The notes below the pieces were generated by a model that did not search any database, had not been told where the DNA came from, and worked only from the letters and a program-made list of their open reading frames with translations. The position numbers were made by a program, and so were the translations under genes. A stretch of DNA of 64,000 bases from Planctomycetota bacterium (GTDB lineage Bacteria > Planctomycetota > SZUA-567 > H5-PLA8). How positions within the stretch are numbered: position 1 is the first letter of the stretch; the number at the start of each line of letters is the position of its first letter. The DNA lies in the NCBI GenBank assembly GCA_038227875.1, contig JBBRPR010000002.1, positions 128,001 through 192,000 of the forward strand, read 5' to 3'. Shown here piece after piece: positions 48,498 through 58,334 of the stretch.

Positions 48498-48704
48498 GGT
48501 CTTTTCTCCCCCAATCTACGTTGCGTAGATCGTTAAATCTGTGTTTTGCAGCGATAGGTCAGAGCGCGAGACGATCACCGGCTTCAAAACCTGCGGCTAC
48601 AACAAGGGTCCAATTGCAGGGTCCATCTTAACTTGCATCAATGGTAATCAAACAATATGCTTCCTATTGCGTTGATAACAATTCCTTATGGATAGTGTAA
48701 TGCC

Positions 48705-49604
48705 ATGGACATCCATCAGTTACGGTACTTCGCTGAGGTCGCGAAGATTAAAAATTTTACGCGCGCGGCGGAAAACTGCCATGTCGCTCAGCCGGCGTTG
48801 AGTCAACAGATTCGCAAACTCGAACAATTGCTCGACCTCAAGCTGCTCAAACGCCTGCCCCGCGGCGCCGAATTGACCTCAGAAGGTGAAGTTCTGCTGC
48901 CGTATGTTCTCAAGGTTTTACACGCCGTCAAGGAAAGCGAACAGGTCGCCGCCGAGCTCCGCGGCCTGTCGCGCGGCTCGGTGAAAATCCTTAGCCTCCC
49001 GTCCGCGTGCGTCTATCTGCTGCCGCCAAAAATCGCCGCCTTCCGCCGCGACCACCCCGGCATCGACATCATCCTCGAAGAAAAAATCGCCACCGACATC
49101 CCCGAGCACGTCCTCAACGGCGACTTCGACCTCGGCGTCACGCAAACGGTCACGCCCGTCACTGGCATGACGCGCGCGCTGATTCACGAGGAAGATCTGC
49201 TCCTGGCCGTGCCCCAAGGCCACGCGCTCTCGCACAAGACCGAATGCGATCTGGCTGAAGCCGCCAACGAACCGTTCGTCTGCACGAAACTGAAAACCGA
49301 ATTCCGCAACCTCGCCGTCGATCTCTGCCGCCGCGCCGGTTTCGAAATGCACGCCGCGTTCGAAGCCGATCATTTCGATTCGCTGCAGGCGTACTGCGCC
49401 GTCGGCATGGGCGTGGCGCTGATCCCGAGCTCCGTGGTCCTGAAAACCCTGACCCCGCGCCCGCACTATCTAAAAATCACGCGCCCCAACGCCAAGCGCC
49501 GCGTCTGGGTCCTCTGGCCCGAAGACGGTCTGCGCAACAAAGCCGCCGAAGCCATGGTCCCGTACCTCACCGGCCACGCCGAAGACGGAAGACCGCGGCG
49601 GTAA
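48705..49604 (+). CDS. LysR family regulator, divergent from pdhA
   Basis: FTRAAENCHVAQPALSQQIRKLE; ATAA-N7-TTAT box upstream at about 48675-48689. Confidence 0.95.
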   Translation: MDIHQLRYFAEVAKIKNFTRAAENCHVAQPALSQQIRKLEQLLDLKLLKRLPRGAELTSEGEVLLPYVLKVLHAVKESEQVAAELRGLSRGSVKILSLPSACVYLLPPKIAAFRRDHPGIDIILEEKIATDIPEHVLNGDFDLGVTQTVTPVTGMTRALIHEEDLLLAVPQGHALSHKTECDLAEAANEPFVCTKLKTEFRNLAVDLCRRAGFEMHAAFEADHFDSLQAYCAVGMGVALIPSSVVLKTLTPRPHYLKITRPNAKRRVWVLWPEDGLRNKAAEAMVPYLTGHAEDGRPRR

Positions 49605-49685
49605 ATCCCGTCTCCCTTACTTAAGAGGCCGTGCGAACGCTTGCGATACCTTGAGGTTGGCAACTGGGACTGGATTGGCAAAGGT

Positions 49686-49817
49686 ATGCTTGAAGACGTA
49701 GCAGTCGCCGTGCTGATTCTCGTCGCCTCCGCCATCATGATGGAGATGCTCCACGCGCCGCCCGGCCTGCCATCGCCTTGGCTGACACTGCGACGTCGAG
49801 TGAGGCGCAAGGCATGA
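49686..49817 (+). pseudogene. C-terminal remnant of an HLSTA-family membrane protein
   Basis: Frame reads ..NWDWIGKGMLEDVAVAVLILVASAIMME..RRRVRRKA, resembling the family's C-terminal TM; ATGA overlap with the next gene. Confidence 0.45.
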
Positions 49818-50320
49818 ACGACTCGGTTGTGAAGCGCCGCGTCTGGCGCATTCACCTTAGCAGCGCGCTGTTGATGACGCTGGCGGCAGGGGCTTTGGTG
49901 GGCATGAATATACGCCAACAACCGTCGGCCGAGATTCACACCCGGCTTAGCGGAGGCAGAAACCCGTGGCAAATCGCGTCCGAAAATCTCTACACTATTG
50001 GCTGGCCAACGCCGTGTCTTGAGATCCACAAGCAAGGCGGATCGCTCTGGGATGAATTGAAACTGAGATACCACGTTGAGCAATGGAGACTCGGCTATGC
50101 TAAGATACTTCCACCATTGGATGACGTGGAAACAGACATATCGGCACGAGGTACTGCGATTTTTGTGCCACCGCCATCTCCGAAACCGTCAACTTTTCAG
50201 TACGGATGGCTTTGGGTCCGCGCCCTCACCCCGCTAGGCATTGATGTGCTCGTCGGCTTCGCCGCAATGCTCCTCGTCGCCATCCCCAACGAATGGCGCA
50301 TCCGGCGGAAACACGCATGA
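49814..50320 (+). CDS. Two-TM membrane protein, HLSTA family
   Basis: KRRVWRIHLSSALL..., GWP, ...LLVAIPNEWRIRR. Confidence 0.75.
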   Translation: MNDSVVKRRVWRIHLSSALLMTLAAGALVGMNIRQQPSAEIHTRLSGGRNPWQIASENLYTIGWPTPCLEIHKQGGSLWDELKLRYHVEQWRLGYAKILPPLDDVETDISARGTAIFVPPPSPKPSTFQYGWLWVRALTPLGIDVLVGFAAMLLVAIPNEWRIRRKHA

Positions 50321-51291
50321 ACTTTGACGATAAATTGGATCGCAGCACGCCCTGCGTGATCCCCGCCACGGAACTCCTCGCCGACGCGCTGAAGCCGTTC
50401 CTGCAGGGACGAAGCGTGACGCGCTTTGAACCGCTGCCGGGCGGATTCGTCAACGTGAATCTCAAGTTCCAGCTCGGCGACACACCGCTGGTCTTGCGCC
50501 TCTCCACAAAGCCGCGCGGGGAAGTCGAAGCCGAAATGGCCGTGATGCAACGCCTTGCTCCAGATGTTCCGATTCCGAAAATTCTGTACTCGGACCTCGA
50601 CCATCCCGTCGTCGGCAGGCACCTGCTGGTTCTCGAATTCATGGACGGCCAGCCGCTCCATCAGGTCGAAGACGCATGGGAGCGCGCGCAGGTCGAAGCC
50701 TTCGCGCGGGAATTGGGCGCGACGCTGGCGGCGATCCATCGCCACGAACTGCCGCAGGCGGGATTGCTGGGACCACACTTAAGTATCGCGGTGCCGTTTC
50801 CCAAATTTGGATCCGCGCTGGTCGCGCAGATGCGCGTGTGCCTGGATGCGGCCGAACAGAAGCGTGGCGTAACCGCAGACGAAGCCGCGCGTATTCGCGC
50901 ATTCATCAACCAGAACGCCGGACTGCTGGAGCCCATCGAGCAGGACCGGCGCATCGTTCACGCCGATTTCAACCAGAAGAATATTCTCGTGCGGCCAACA
51001 GCTCGCGGGTGCACGGTGAGCGCCATTCTGGATTGGGAATTCGCCTGCTCGGGAAGCCCGCTGCTCGACTTCGGCAATTTCTTTCGCTTCGAAGACGAAA
51101 TGCCGGCCGGTTACCAACCGGCGCTGGTGGAGGGCTACCGAGCCGCCGGAGGCACGCTGCCCGACGACTGGCGCCGCATGGCGAAATTCACGGACCTGGT
51201 TAATCAGTTGCAGTTTCTGGCCGAAACGGATCGGCAATCGCGAACCTTTGCCACGGCGCTGAGGGTGATCCGGCGCACGTTGGACGCGTAA
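50317..51291 (+). CDS. Aminoglycoside phosphotransferase / choline-kinase-like protein
   Basis: VHADFNQKNIL, ILDWEFA..G.PL.D. Confidence 0.9.
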   Translation: MNFDDKLDRSTPCVIPATELLADALKPFLQGRSVTRFEPLPGGFVNVNLKFQLGDTPLVLRLSTKPRGEVEAEMAVMQRLAPDVPIPKILYSDLDHPVVGRHLLVLEFMDGQPLHQVEDAWERAQVEAFARELGATLAAIHRHELPQAGLLGPHLSIAVPFPKFGSALVAQMRVCLDAAEQKRGVTADEAARIRAFINQNAGLLEPIEQDRRIVHADFNQKNILVRPTARGCTVSAILDWEFACSGSPLLDFGNFFRFEDEMPAGYQPALVEGYRAAGGTLPDDWRRMAKFTDLVNQLQFLAETDRQSRTFATALRVIRRTLDA

Positions 51292-51371
51292 TGCTCAACG
51301 GGGAAAAGTCATGAAGCTGGCCGATCGGTCAACGTCCAACGCATATTCGGATTCCGAACCGAGGGTGACCC

Positions 51372-52013
51372 ATGACCAGGCCCAAACGGCGCTTCTGGCG
51401 TATTCACTTAAGCACCGCGCTGGTGCTGATGGTCGAGTCCGCGGTGATTCTATTCCTATTTCTGCGCGCGATGGGATACGTCGATCTTCCCGCGTTCGGG
51501 GCAAACGGCGAGAGCAACGGGGCGAGTGTCAACGAGCCCGTCGCGGTGGTGCATCCTCAACATGTCGATTTGAAACCCAGCGCCAGAGGCTCACCCAGCA
51601 ATTATAGCGACCTGGTGATTCTGGACGGATCGGACAGCAGGGCGAATTCCGCGAATGCGTCGACGACGCTCACTTATCAATGGAGACAGATCCGGGGTGA
51701 CGATCTGAACCTCGACGAAACCCGGCTCGCAAAAACGAGAGTTGGACTTCGTATCTATCAACCGGGCGACTACGCGTTTGAACTGGTTGTGACCGCCAAT
51801 GGTGTAAAGAGCAAACCGGCCGTGATGACTGTCAGCGTGACCGGCAATCCGTGGGACCGCATGCGGCGAATCGGCGCCACCTATTCCGGCATCGCTGCGC
51901 TCGTACTTTTCCTCACCGCTGTCGCCTTGGAATGGCGCATCCAGCGGTCGGAAGAAAGGTGGGATCACTGGGAGGAAATTGTTCGCAGCAATGAATCTGT
52001 ACAAAGTGAGTGA
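51372..52013 (+). CDS. Two-TM HLSTA-family protein with a PKD-like insert
   Basis: KRRFWRIHLSTAL; LDGSDS...LTYQWRQ...PGDY.FELVV; AVALEWRIQR. Confidence 0.75.
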   Translation: MTRPKRRFWRIHLSTALVLMVESAVILFLFLRAMGYVDLPAFGANGESNGASVNEPVAVVHPQHVDLKPSARGSPSNYSDLVILDGSDSRANSANASTTLTYQWRQIRGDDLNLDETRLAKTRVGLRIYQPGDYAFELVVTANGVKSKPAVMTVSVTGNPWDRMRRIGATYSGIAALVLFLTAVALEWRIQRSEERWDHWEEIVRSNESVQSE

Positions 52014-52153
52014 ACAGAAAACGGGAAGTGATCTCAAAAGAGTTGTAATTTCAGGGGAACGTGCGTCGTAATTGTAGAAAACGATGTTGCACTTCACTCC
52101 AGCCCCGGAAGGCGACCGCTACCATGGCTGGAAAAATCTCCACACCCAACCCG

Positions 52154-52181
52154 TTGACATTCCCAAACCGCAGGATATAGT
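52154..52181 (+). promoter_or_regulatory. Sigma70-like promoter
   Basis: TTGACA-16 nt-TATAGT upstream of the GH116 gene. Confidence 0.6.
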
Positions 52182-52231
52182 CCCCGTGTAGTTACACGGA
52201 AGCCTGAAAGGCCCACTTGGAGACTTTCCTC

Positions 52232-54712
52232 ATGCCCGCCGTTACCGACCCCTTCCATCGCACCTACACTGACAAAAGCCTCGCCTTCGTCGCGTTCCCC
52301 ATGGGCGGCATTGGCTCTGGGACCATCTGCTTGGAGGGCACCGGCGCGCTCTCGCATGTCTCGCTGCGGCACAAGCCAGAGGTCTGGAACGAACCGCAGG
52401 TCTTCTCGGCGCTCTGCATCAAAGGCGCCCCGGGGCAGGAGAACATCGCCCGCGTGCTCGAAGGCCAGGTGCCGCGGCATAAGATTTTTACTCAACAGGG
52501 TTCCGGCAACGGCCTGGGCTCGCGCGCGTACGGGCTGCCGCGCTTTAAGAAAGCCTCGTTCTCTTCGCGCTTCCCGTTTGGAACTGTGCGGCTGGAAGAT
52601 CCGAAAATTCCGCTGCAGGTCATGATCACCGGTTGGAGCCCCTTCATTCCCGGCAACGCGGATGCGTCGAGCCTTCCCTGCGCGGCGCTGGAATTCAATT
52701 TTAAGAACCCAACCAATAAAACCATCGACGCCGTCTACTCCTTCAACGCACGCAATTTTCTCGGGATTCACAAGGACCAGCAGGCGGTGCTCGGCATGCC
52801 CGGCGGATTCCTCCTGCGCGCCACCGGCACGGCCGAGAAGCCCCACGAAGAAGCTTCGTTCGCAGCGGTGACCGACGACAGCGCGGCGAAGACCAGCTAC
52901 TGGTTCCGCGGCGGTTGGTTCGATCCGATGACCGTGGCGTGGAAGCGCGTGCAGGAAGGTTACTGCGACGAGCAGCCACCCGTGACCGGTGCGCCGGCGC
53001 CCGGCGGGATGCTCGCCGTTCCGTTCACGTTGAAGCCCGACGAGCAGAAAACCATCCGGCTGATGCTCAGCTGGTACACGCCCTACACCGATCAGCGTTA
53101 CGGTCCCGAAATTCCTGCGCCGGCTGCCGCTGCGGCCGCGTCGTGCTCCGATGCTTCCTGCGATTGCAAACCCGCAAAGCCGGAAAGCTATCGCGCCTGG
53201 TACACCGGCGCGTTTCCGGACGTCACATCCGTCGCGCAACACTGGCGCACGCAGTATGCGACGTTGCGGGAGAAGACGAAGCAGTTCACCGATTGTTTCC
53301 ACAACACGTCGCTGCCTGAAAGTGTGGTCGACGCGATCGCCGCCAATCTCTGCATCCTGAAATCGCCGACCGTGCTGCGCCAGCGCGACGGACGCATGTG
53401 GGCGTGGGAAGGCTGCGGCGACAACCACGGTTGCTGCACCGGCTCGTGCACCCACGTCTGGAACTACGCGCAGGCCATCCCGCATCTTTTCCCCGATCTG
53501 GAACGCACGCTCCGCGAAACGGAGTTCATTGATTCGCAGAACGAAGCCGGGCATCAGAATTTCCGCGCGTCGCTGCCGATTCGTCAGCCCGATCACAAAT
53601 TTCACGCCGCGGCCGACGGGCAGCTCGGCGGCATCATGAAGATGCACCGCGAGTGGCGCATCAGCGGCGACACCGCGTGGCTGAAGAAACTCTATCCGGC
53701 CGTGAAGCAGAGCTTGAATTACTGCATTGAAACGTGGGATCCGAAAGAGAAAGGCGTACTCGAAGAGCCCCATCACAACACGTACGACATCGAATTCTGG
53801 GGCCCCGACGGCATGTGCTCGAGTTTCTACCTCGGCGCGCTGGCCGCGGCGATCAATATGGGCGCGGCGCTGAACGATGACGTCTCGCGTTACAAAACGC
53901 TGCTGGCGAAGGGCCGCACGTACCTCGAAGAAAAACTGTTCAACGGTGAGTACTTCTTCCAGGACGTCCAGTGGGAAGGCCTGAACGCCAAAAATCCAAT
54001 CGACGGTGGCGCCGGAGCCACGAACACGCCGATTGCGATGAACTCCGATTACTCGCCCGAAGCAGTGGAAATTTTGAAGCGCGAAGGGCCGAAGTACCAG
54101 TACGGCAAAGGCTGTCTGGCCGACGGGGTGCTCGGAATCTGGATCGCGGCGATGTGCGGCATCGACAACGTGCTCGATGAACGCAAAGTCGAAAGCCACC
54201 TGCTCTCTGTCTATAAATACAATCACAAGACGGACGTGAGCGAGATTCCCAATCCGCAGCGGCCGGGTTACACGCAGGGCATCGACGGCGGGCTGCTGAT
54301 CTGCACGTGGCCGAAGGGCGAACGTCTAACGCTGCCGTTTCCGTATTCCGACGAAGCGTGGACGGGCATTGAATACCAAGTCGCCAGCCACCTCATGCTC
54401 GCCGGCCACGTTGAAGAAGCCCTGGAAATCGTCCGCGTCGCGCGCCTGCGCCACGACGGCTCCGTCCGCAATCCGTACAATGAATACGAATGCGGAAGCT
54501 GGTACGCGCGCGCAATGTCCTCCTACGGCATGATCCAGGGAATGACCGGACTGTTCTACGATGCCGTGACGAAAAAGCTGACGTTCCAGCCGCGGATCAA
54601 AGGCGACTTCCGCGCGTTCCTATCAACTGCGACGGGATTCGGCTACGCGGGCATCAAGAACGGCAAGCCCTTCGTCGAAGCCGTCGCGGGTACGATCGAC
54701 GCGAAATTCTGA
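52232..54712 (+). CDS. GH116 family glycoside hydrolase (GBA2-like)
   Basis: FPMGGIGSG, WEGC, GSCTHVWNY, HNTYD, E.WTG.EY, ECG..YAR.MSS. Confidence 0.92.
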   Translation: MPAVTDPFHRTYTDKSLAFVAFPMGGIGSGTICLEGTGALSHVSLRHKPEVWNEPQVFSALCIKGAPGQENIARVLEGQVPRHKIFTQQGSGNGLGSRAYGLPRFKKASFSSRFPFGTVRLEDPKIPLQVMITGWSPFIPGNADASSLPCAALEFNFKNPTNKTIDAVYSFNARNFLGIHKDQQAVLGMPGGFLLRATGTAEKPHEEASFAAVTDDSAAKTSYWFRGGWFDPMTVAWKRVQEGYCDEQPPVTGAPAPGGMLAVPFTLKPDEQKTIRLMLSWYTPYTDQRYGPEIPAPAAAAAASCSDASCDCKPAKPESYRAWYTGAFPDVTSVAQHWRTQYATLREKTKQFTDCFHNTSLPESVVDAIAANLCILKSPTVLRQRDGRMWAWEGCGDNHGCCTGSCTHVWNYAQAIPHLFPDLERTLRETEFIDSQNEAGHQNFRASLPIRQPDHKFHAAADGQLGGIMKMHREWRISGDTAWLKKLYPAVKQSLNYCIETWDPKEKGVLEEPHHNTYDIEFWGPDGMCSSFYLGALAAAINMGAALNDDVSRYKTLLAKGRTYLEEKLFNGEYFFQDVQWEGLNAKNPIDGGAGATNTPIAMNSDYSPEAVEILKREGPKYQYGKGCLADGVLGIWIAAMCGIDNVLDERKVESHLLSVYKYNHKTDVSEIPNPQRPGYTQGIDGGLLICTWPKGERLTLPFPYSDEAWTGIEYQVASHLMLAGHVEEALEIVRVARLRHDGSVRNPYNEYECGSWYARAMSSYGMIQGMTGLFYDAVTKKLTFQPRIKGDFRAFLSTATGFGYAGIKNGKPFVEAVAGTIDAKF

Positions 54713-54967
54713 AACAAAATATGAGGGTGGAGCGGAGAACCGGCGTTTCTCCGCTTCACCCGACCCTAATTGTTCGCTCTCAAAACCTACCGAAGATTAA
54801 TTCCTAGTAATCCGCTAGACATTGTGGAAAATATTTGCAATCCGTGGCCCGGATGCAACTTGCTCCCATCGCTCCTTCAGCGATAATCCACTTCATCAAG
54901 ATGGGAATGCGCGGGCCAATTGGCCCGCGTCGTCTTACTGTACCTTAAAGAAGGGAACGGTCGGTTC

Positions 54968-55777
54968 ATGGATCACCTGGAAGAGTTGGAAAATCAGAGC
55001 GTCTTCATCATGCGTGAAGCGTTCAATAAGTTTGAAAATTTGGCGATGCTCTGGTCGATCGGCAAGGATTCGACGGTGCTGTTGTGGCTGGCGCGCAAGG
55101 CGTTCTTCGGCCACGTGCCGTTCCCGCTGGTCCACATCGACACCTCCTACAAAATCCCGTCGATGATTGAGTACCGCGACCGCGTGGCTCAGGAATGGAA
55201 CCTGAACCTGATCGTCGGCAAGAACACCAAGGTGCTGGAAAGCGGCATCACCTATCCCAACGGCAAAGCCACGCGCGTGGAATGCTGCGGCACGTTGAAG
55301 AAAGACGGCCTGAAGAAGGTGCTCGACGAACACAACTACACCGGCGTGATCGTCGGCGTGCGCCGCGACGAGGAACCGACGCGCGCGAAGGAACGCTACT
55401 TCTCGCCGCGCGACAAGAACATGGAATGGAACGTCGAAGACCAGCCGCCGGAGTTGTGGGACCAGTTCAAGACCGACTTCGATCCCGGCACGCACATCCG
55501 CATCCATCCGCTGCTCCACTGGACCGAGCTGAATGTGTGGGAGTACATCCACAAGGAAAACATTCCGATCATCCCGCTCTATTTCGCCAAGAACGGCCGC
55601 CGCTACCGCAGCCTCGGCTGCGCCCCCTGCACCGGCGACATCGCCTCAAACGCGACGACGGTGGCGGAGATCATCGAAGAACTGAAAAACACGAAAACCG
55701 CCGAACGCTCGGGACGCGCGCAGGACCAGGAGAGCGAGGATGCGTTCGAGAAGCTCAGGCGCGATGGGTACATGTAG
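54968..55777 (+). CDS. cysD: Sulfate adenylyltransferase subunit 2
   Basis: WSIGKDS, HIDT, RRDEE..RAKER.FS.R, RIHPL..WTE, YRSLGC, GYM end. Confidence 0.97.
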   Translation: MDHLEELENQSVFIMREAFNKFENLAMLWSIGKDSTVLLWLARKAFFGHVPFPLVHIDTSYKIPSMIEYRDRVAQEWNLNLIVGKNTKVLESGITYPNGKATRVECCGTLKKDGLKKVLDEHNYTGVIVGVRRDEEPTRAKERYFSPRDKNMEWNVEDQPPELWDQFKTDFDPGTHIRIHPLLHWTELNVWEYIHKENIPIIPLYFAKNGRRYRSLGCAPCTGDIASNATTVAEIIEELKNTKTAERSGRAQDQESEDAFEKLRRDGYM

Positions 55778-55779
55778 TC

Positions 55780-55818
55780 GCTTTTAATCGCACGCAAAGC
55801 CGCTAAGACGCAAAGAAC
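55780..55818. repeat. Left inverted repeat flanking the GxxExxY gene (CGCWAAGN octamers)
   Basis: gcttttaatcgcacgcaaagccgctaagacgcaaagaac. Confidence 0.9.
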
Positions 55819-55830
55819 AGCAACTGCTTT

Positions 55831-56223
55831 ATGACTGAGAATGAGATCGCGAAGGTGGTTGTCGACGCGGCGTTTAAAGTGCATTCAAAGTTGGGGCCGG
55901 GGTTGCTTGAATCGGTGTACAAAGTCGCGCTTGCATATGAACTTCGAAAGCGCGGATTGAAAACTGAACGAGAGGTACCTGTACCGTTCAGGTACGAAGA
56001 CATTGTTTTTGAAGAGGGATTCCGGGCCGATCTCGTCATCGAAGATAAGGTCGTGATCGAGCTGAAGAGTGTCGAGGAAACCGCGTTGGTCCACAAAAAG
56101 CAATTGTTGACCTACCTGCGCCTCATGGACAAGCGATTAGGATTGCTAATCAATTTCGGCGAAGCAATGTTCAAAGACGGAGTTTCCCGAGTCGCAAACA
56201 AACTCGAGGAAGAAAAGAAATAA
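55831..56223 (+). CDS. GxxExxY protein (PD-(D/E)XK-like fold)
   Basis: LGPGLLESVY; RADLVIEDKVVIELKS; QLLTYL; GLLINF. Confidence 0.95.
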   Translation: MTENEIAKVVVDAAFKVHSKLGPGLLESVYKVALAYELRKRGLKTEREVPVPFRYEDIVFEEGFRADLVIEDKVVIELKSVEETALVHKKQLLTYLRLMDKRLGLLINFGEAMFKDGVSRVANKLEEEKK

Positions 56224-56261
56224 ATGAGAAGCCGGGCCGCAGAACTTAATAGTAATCAGCA

Positions 56262-56301
56262 GTTCTTTGCGACTTAGCGTCTTTGCGAGAGATTAAAAAG
56301 C
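56262..56301. repeat. Right inverted repeat flanking the GxxExxY gene
   Basis: gttctttgcgacttagcgtctttgcgagagattaaaaagc; 4 mismatches and 1 indel versus the left arm. Confidence 0.9.
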
Positions 56302-56326
56302 AGTGCCTAACGAGGAGAGCTCAAGA

Positions 56327-58213
56327 GTGTCCGCCAAGACCGAAACCAAGAACGTCGAACAAATGAAGATCGTGATCGTCGGCCATGTCGACCATGGCAA
56401 GTCCACCTTCGTGGGGCGCTTGTTTTACGATACGGGGTCGCTGCCGACGGGGAAGTATGAGCAACTGGTGCGCATCGCCGAACGGCGCGGCGTGCCGTTT
56501 GAGTTTGCGAACTTGATGGACAGTTTGCAGAGCGAACGCGACCAGAATATCACCATCGATACCGCGCAGATCTGGTTCTCCACTCCGCGGCGGCAGTATG
56601 TGATCATCGACGCGCCCGGCCACAAGGAATTCCTCAAGAACATGATCACCGGCGCGGCCAGCGCCGACGCGGCACTGCTCCTCATCGACGCTCACGAAGG
56701 CGTGCAGGAACAGTCGCGCCGCCATGGCTACATGCTCCATCTGCTGGGCATCCGCCAGGTGATCGTGCTCGTGAACAAAATGGACTTGGTCAACTACAGC
56801 GCGGAGACTTTTAAGAAGATCGAAACGGAATACCGCGCGTTCCTGACCCAGTTGGGCGTCGTGCCGAAGCTGTTCATTCCGATCGCAGCGAAAGTCGGCG
56901 ACAACATCGCCAAGAACAGTGAGAAGACGCCGTGGTACGACGGCCCGCCGGTCGTTGGCGCAATCGACACGCTTTTCCAGGTCGCGCCGCCGCCGACGCA
57001 CCTGCCGTTCCGCTTTCCGATTCAGGACATCTACCGCTTCGACCATCGCCGCATCCTCGCCGGGCGTGTGGAATCGGGAACGGTGAAGGTCGGCGATCGC
57101 CTCGTCTTTGGACCGCGCAACAAGGAAGGCATTGTCAAAACGATCGAACGCTGGAGCGCGCCGCAGACGGACACGGCGTCCGCGGGTGAATCCGTGGGCA
57201 TCACGCTGACCGAACAGATCTTCGTCGAACGTGGCCACGTCGCCAGCCACTTGAAAGACGCGCCGATCGTCGGCACGGAATTCAGCGCCAATCTGTTCTG
57301 GCTCGGCCGCCAGCCCATGGAAATGGGCAAGCGCTACAAGCTAAAACTGACCACGCAGGAAGTTGAAGTCGAGATCGCGGCGATCAACAAGATCATCGAC
57401 GCGTCCACGCTGGGCGAAGCTTCGGAGGACCGCAAGTACGTCGCGAAAAATGACGTCGCGCAGATCGTGCTCCGAACCAAGTACCCGGTTGCATTCGACA
57501 ACCACGACCGCGTGCCGGAAGCCGGCCGCTTCGTGATCGTCGATCAGAAAGAAGTCTCCGGCGGCGGCATCATTCTGTACGCCAAGTATCCGGAAGCGCC
57601 GGACAAACCACGCTCCAGCAACGTGACGTGGCACAAGACCAAGATCAGCGTCGATGACCGTGCCATGCGCAACGGCCACAAGGGCGCGGTGATCTGGCTG
57701 ACGGGCCTTTCCGGCTCCGGCAAATCCTCCATCGCGACGGAACTGGAGAACGAGCTCTTCCATCATCAGCTCAACACATACGTGCTCGACGGCGACAACG
57801 TCCGCCACGGCCTCTGCGGCGATCTGGGTTTCACGCCCAAGGACCGCAGCGAGAACATCCGCCGCGTCGGCGAAGTGGCTCATATCATGGTCGACGCCGG
57901 CCTGATCGTGATCACGACCTTCATTTCGCCCTACCGCGAAGATCGCGATCGCGTGCGCAAAATCATCGAAGGCGACTTCATCGAAGTCCACGTGAAGTGC
58001 CCGGTCAACGTCTGTAAGGAGCGCGATCCGAAGGGTCTCTACAAGAAAGCATTGGCTGGCGAGATCAAGGATTTCACAGGCATCGACGCGCCGTACGAGG
58101 AGCCGCTGAAACCGGAGTTGACGATCGAAACCGACAAGCAGAGCCTCGGCGAATCCGTGGCGCAGATCATGGATTACCTGAAGGATTTGATCTACGTCGA
58201 GAAGCACACGTAA
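56327..58213 (+). CDS. cysNC: Bifunctional sulfate adenylyltransferase subunit 1 / APS kinase
   Basis: [17 protein letters not shown] GTPase motifs; [28 protein letters not shown] kinase motifs. Confidence 0.96.
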   Translation: MSAKTETKNVEQMKIVIVGHVDHGKSTFVGRLFYDTGSLPTGKYEQLVRIAERRGVPFEFANLMDSLQSERDQNITIDTAQIWFSTPRRQYVIIDAPGHKEFLKNMITGAASADAALLLIDAHEGVQEQSRRHGYMLHLLGIRQVIVLVNKMDLVNYSAETFKKIETEYRAFLTQLGVVPKLFIPIAAKVGDNIAKNSEKTPWYDGPPVVGAIDTLFQVAPPPTHLPFRFPIQDIYRFDHRRILAGRVESGTVKVGDRLVFGPRNKEGIVKTIERWSAPQTDTASAGESVGITLTEQIFVERGHVASHLKDAPIVGTEFSANLFWLGRQPMEMGKRYKLKLTTQEVEVEIAAINKIIDASTLGEASEDRKYVAKNDVAQIVLRTKYPVAFDNHDRVPEAGRFVIVDQKEVSGGGIILYAKYPEAPDKPRSSNVTWHKTKISVDDRAMRNGHKGAVIWLTGLSGSGKSSIATELENELFHHQLNTYVLDGDNVRHGLCGDLGFTPKDRSENIRRVGEVAHIMVDAGLIVITTFISPYREDRDRVRKIIEGDFIEVHVKCPVNVCKERDPKGLYKKALAGEIKDFTGIDAPYEEPLKPELTIETDKQSLGESVAQIMDYLKDLIYVEKHT

Positions 58214-58233
58214 GACGGCATTGTGGATTGCGG

Positions 58234-58270
58234 ATTGGGCGGGGAAGGTGGTCCCGCCCAATTTCGTTTT
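58234..58270 (+). terminator. Probable terminator after cysNC
   Basis: attgggcggg-N9-cccgcccaat followed by ttcgtttt. Confidence 0.65.
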
Positions 58271-58334
58271 AATCCGAGCGTTTGTCTGCCGCTCAATGGA
58301 TGACGGTCGGGCATCTGCGTAGTACAATTCTAGA

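Noticed and set aside
46503..48536. 677-aa plus-strand ORF
   Set aside because: Shadow of pdhA/pdhB.
50317..51291. Antibiotic resistance gene call
   Set aside because: Only family-level APH/choline kinase motifs; substrate cannot be inferred and there is no mobile resistance context.
52094..54226. 710-aa minus-strand ORF
   Set aside because: Shadow of the GH116 gene.
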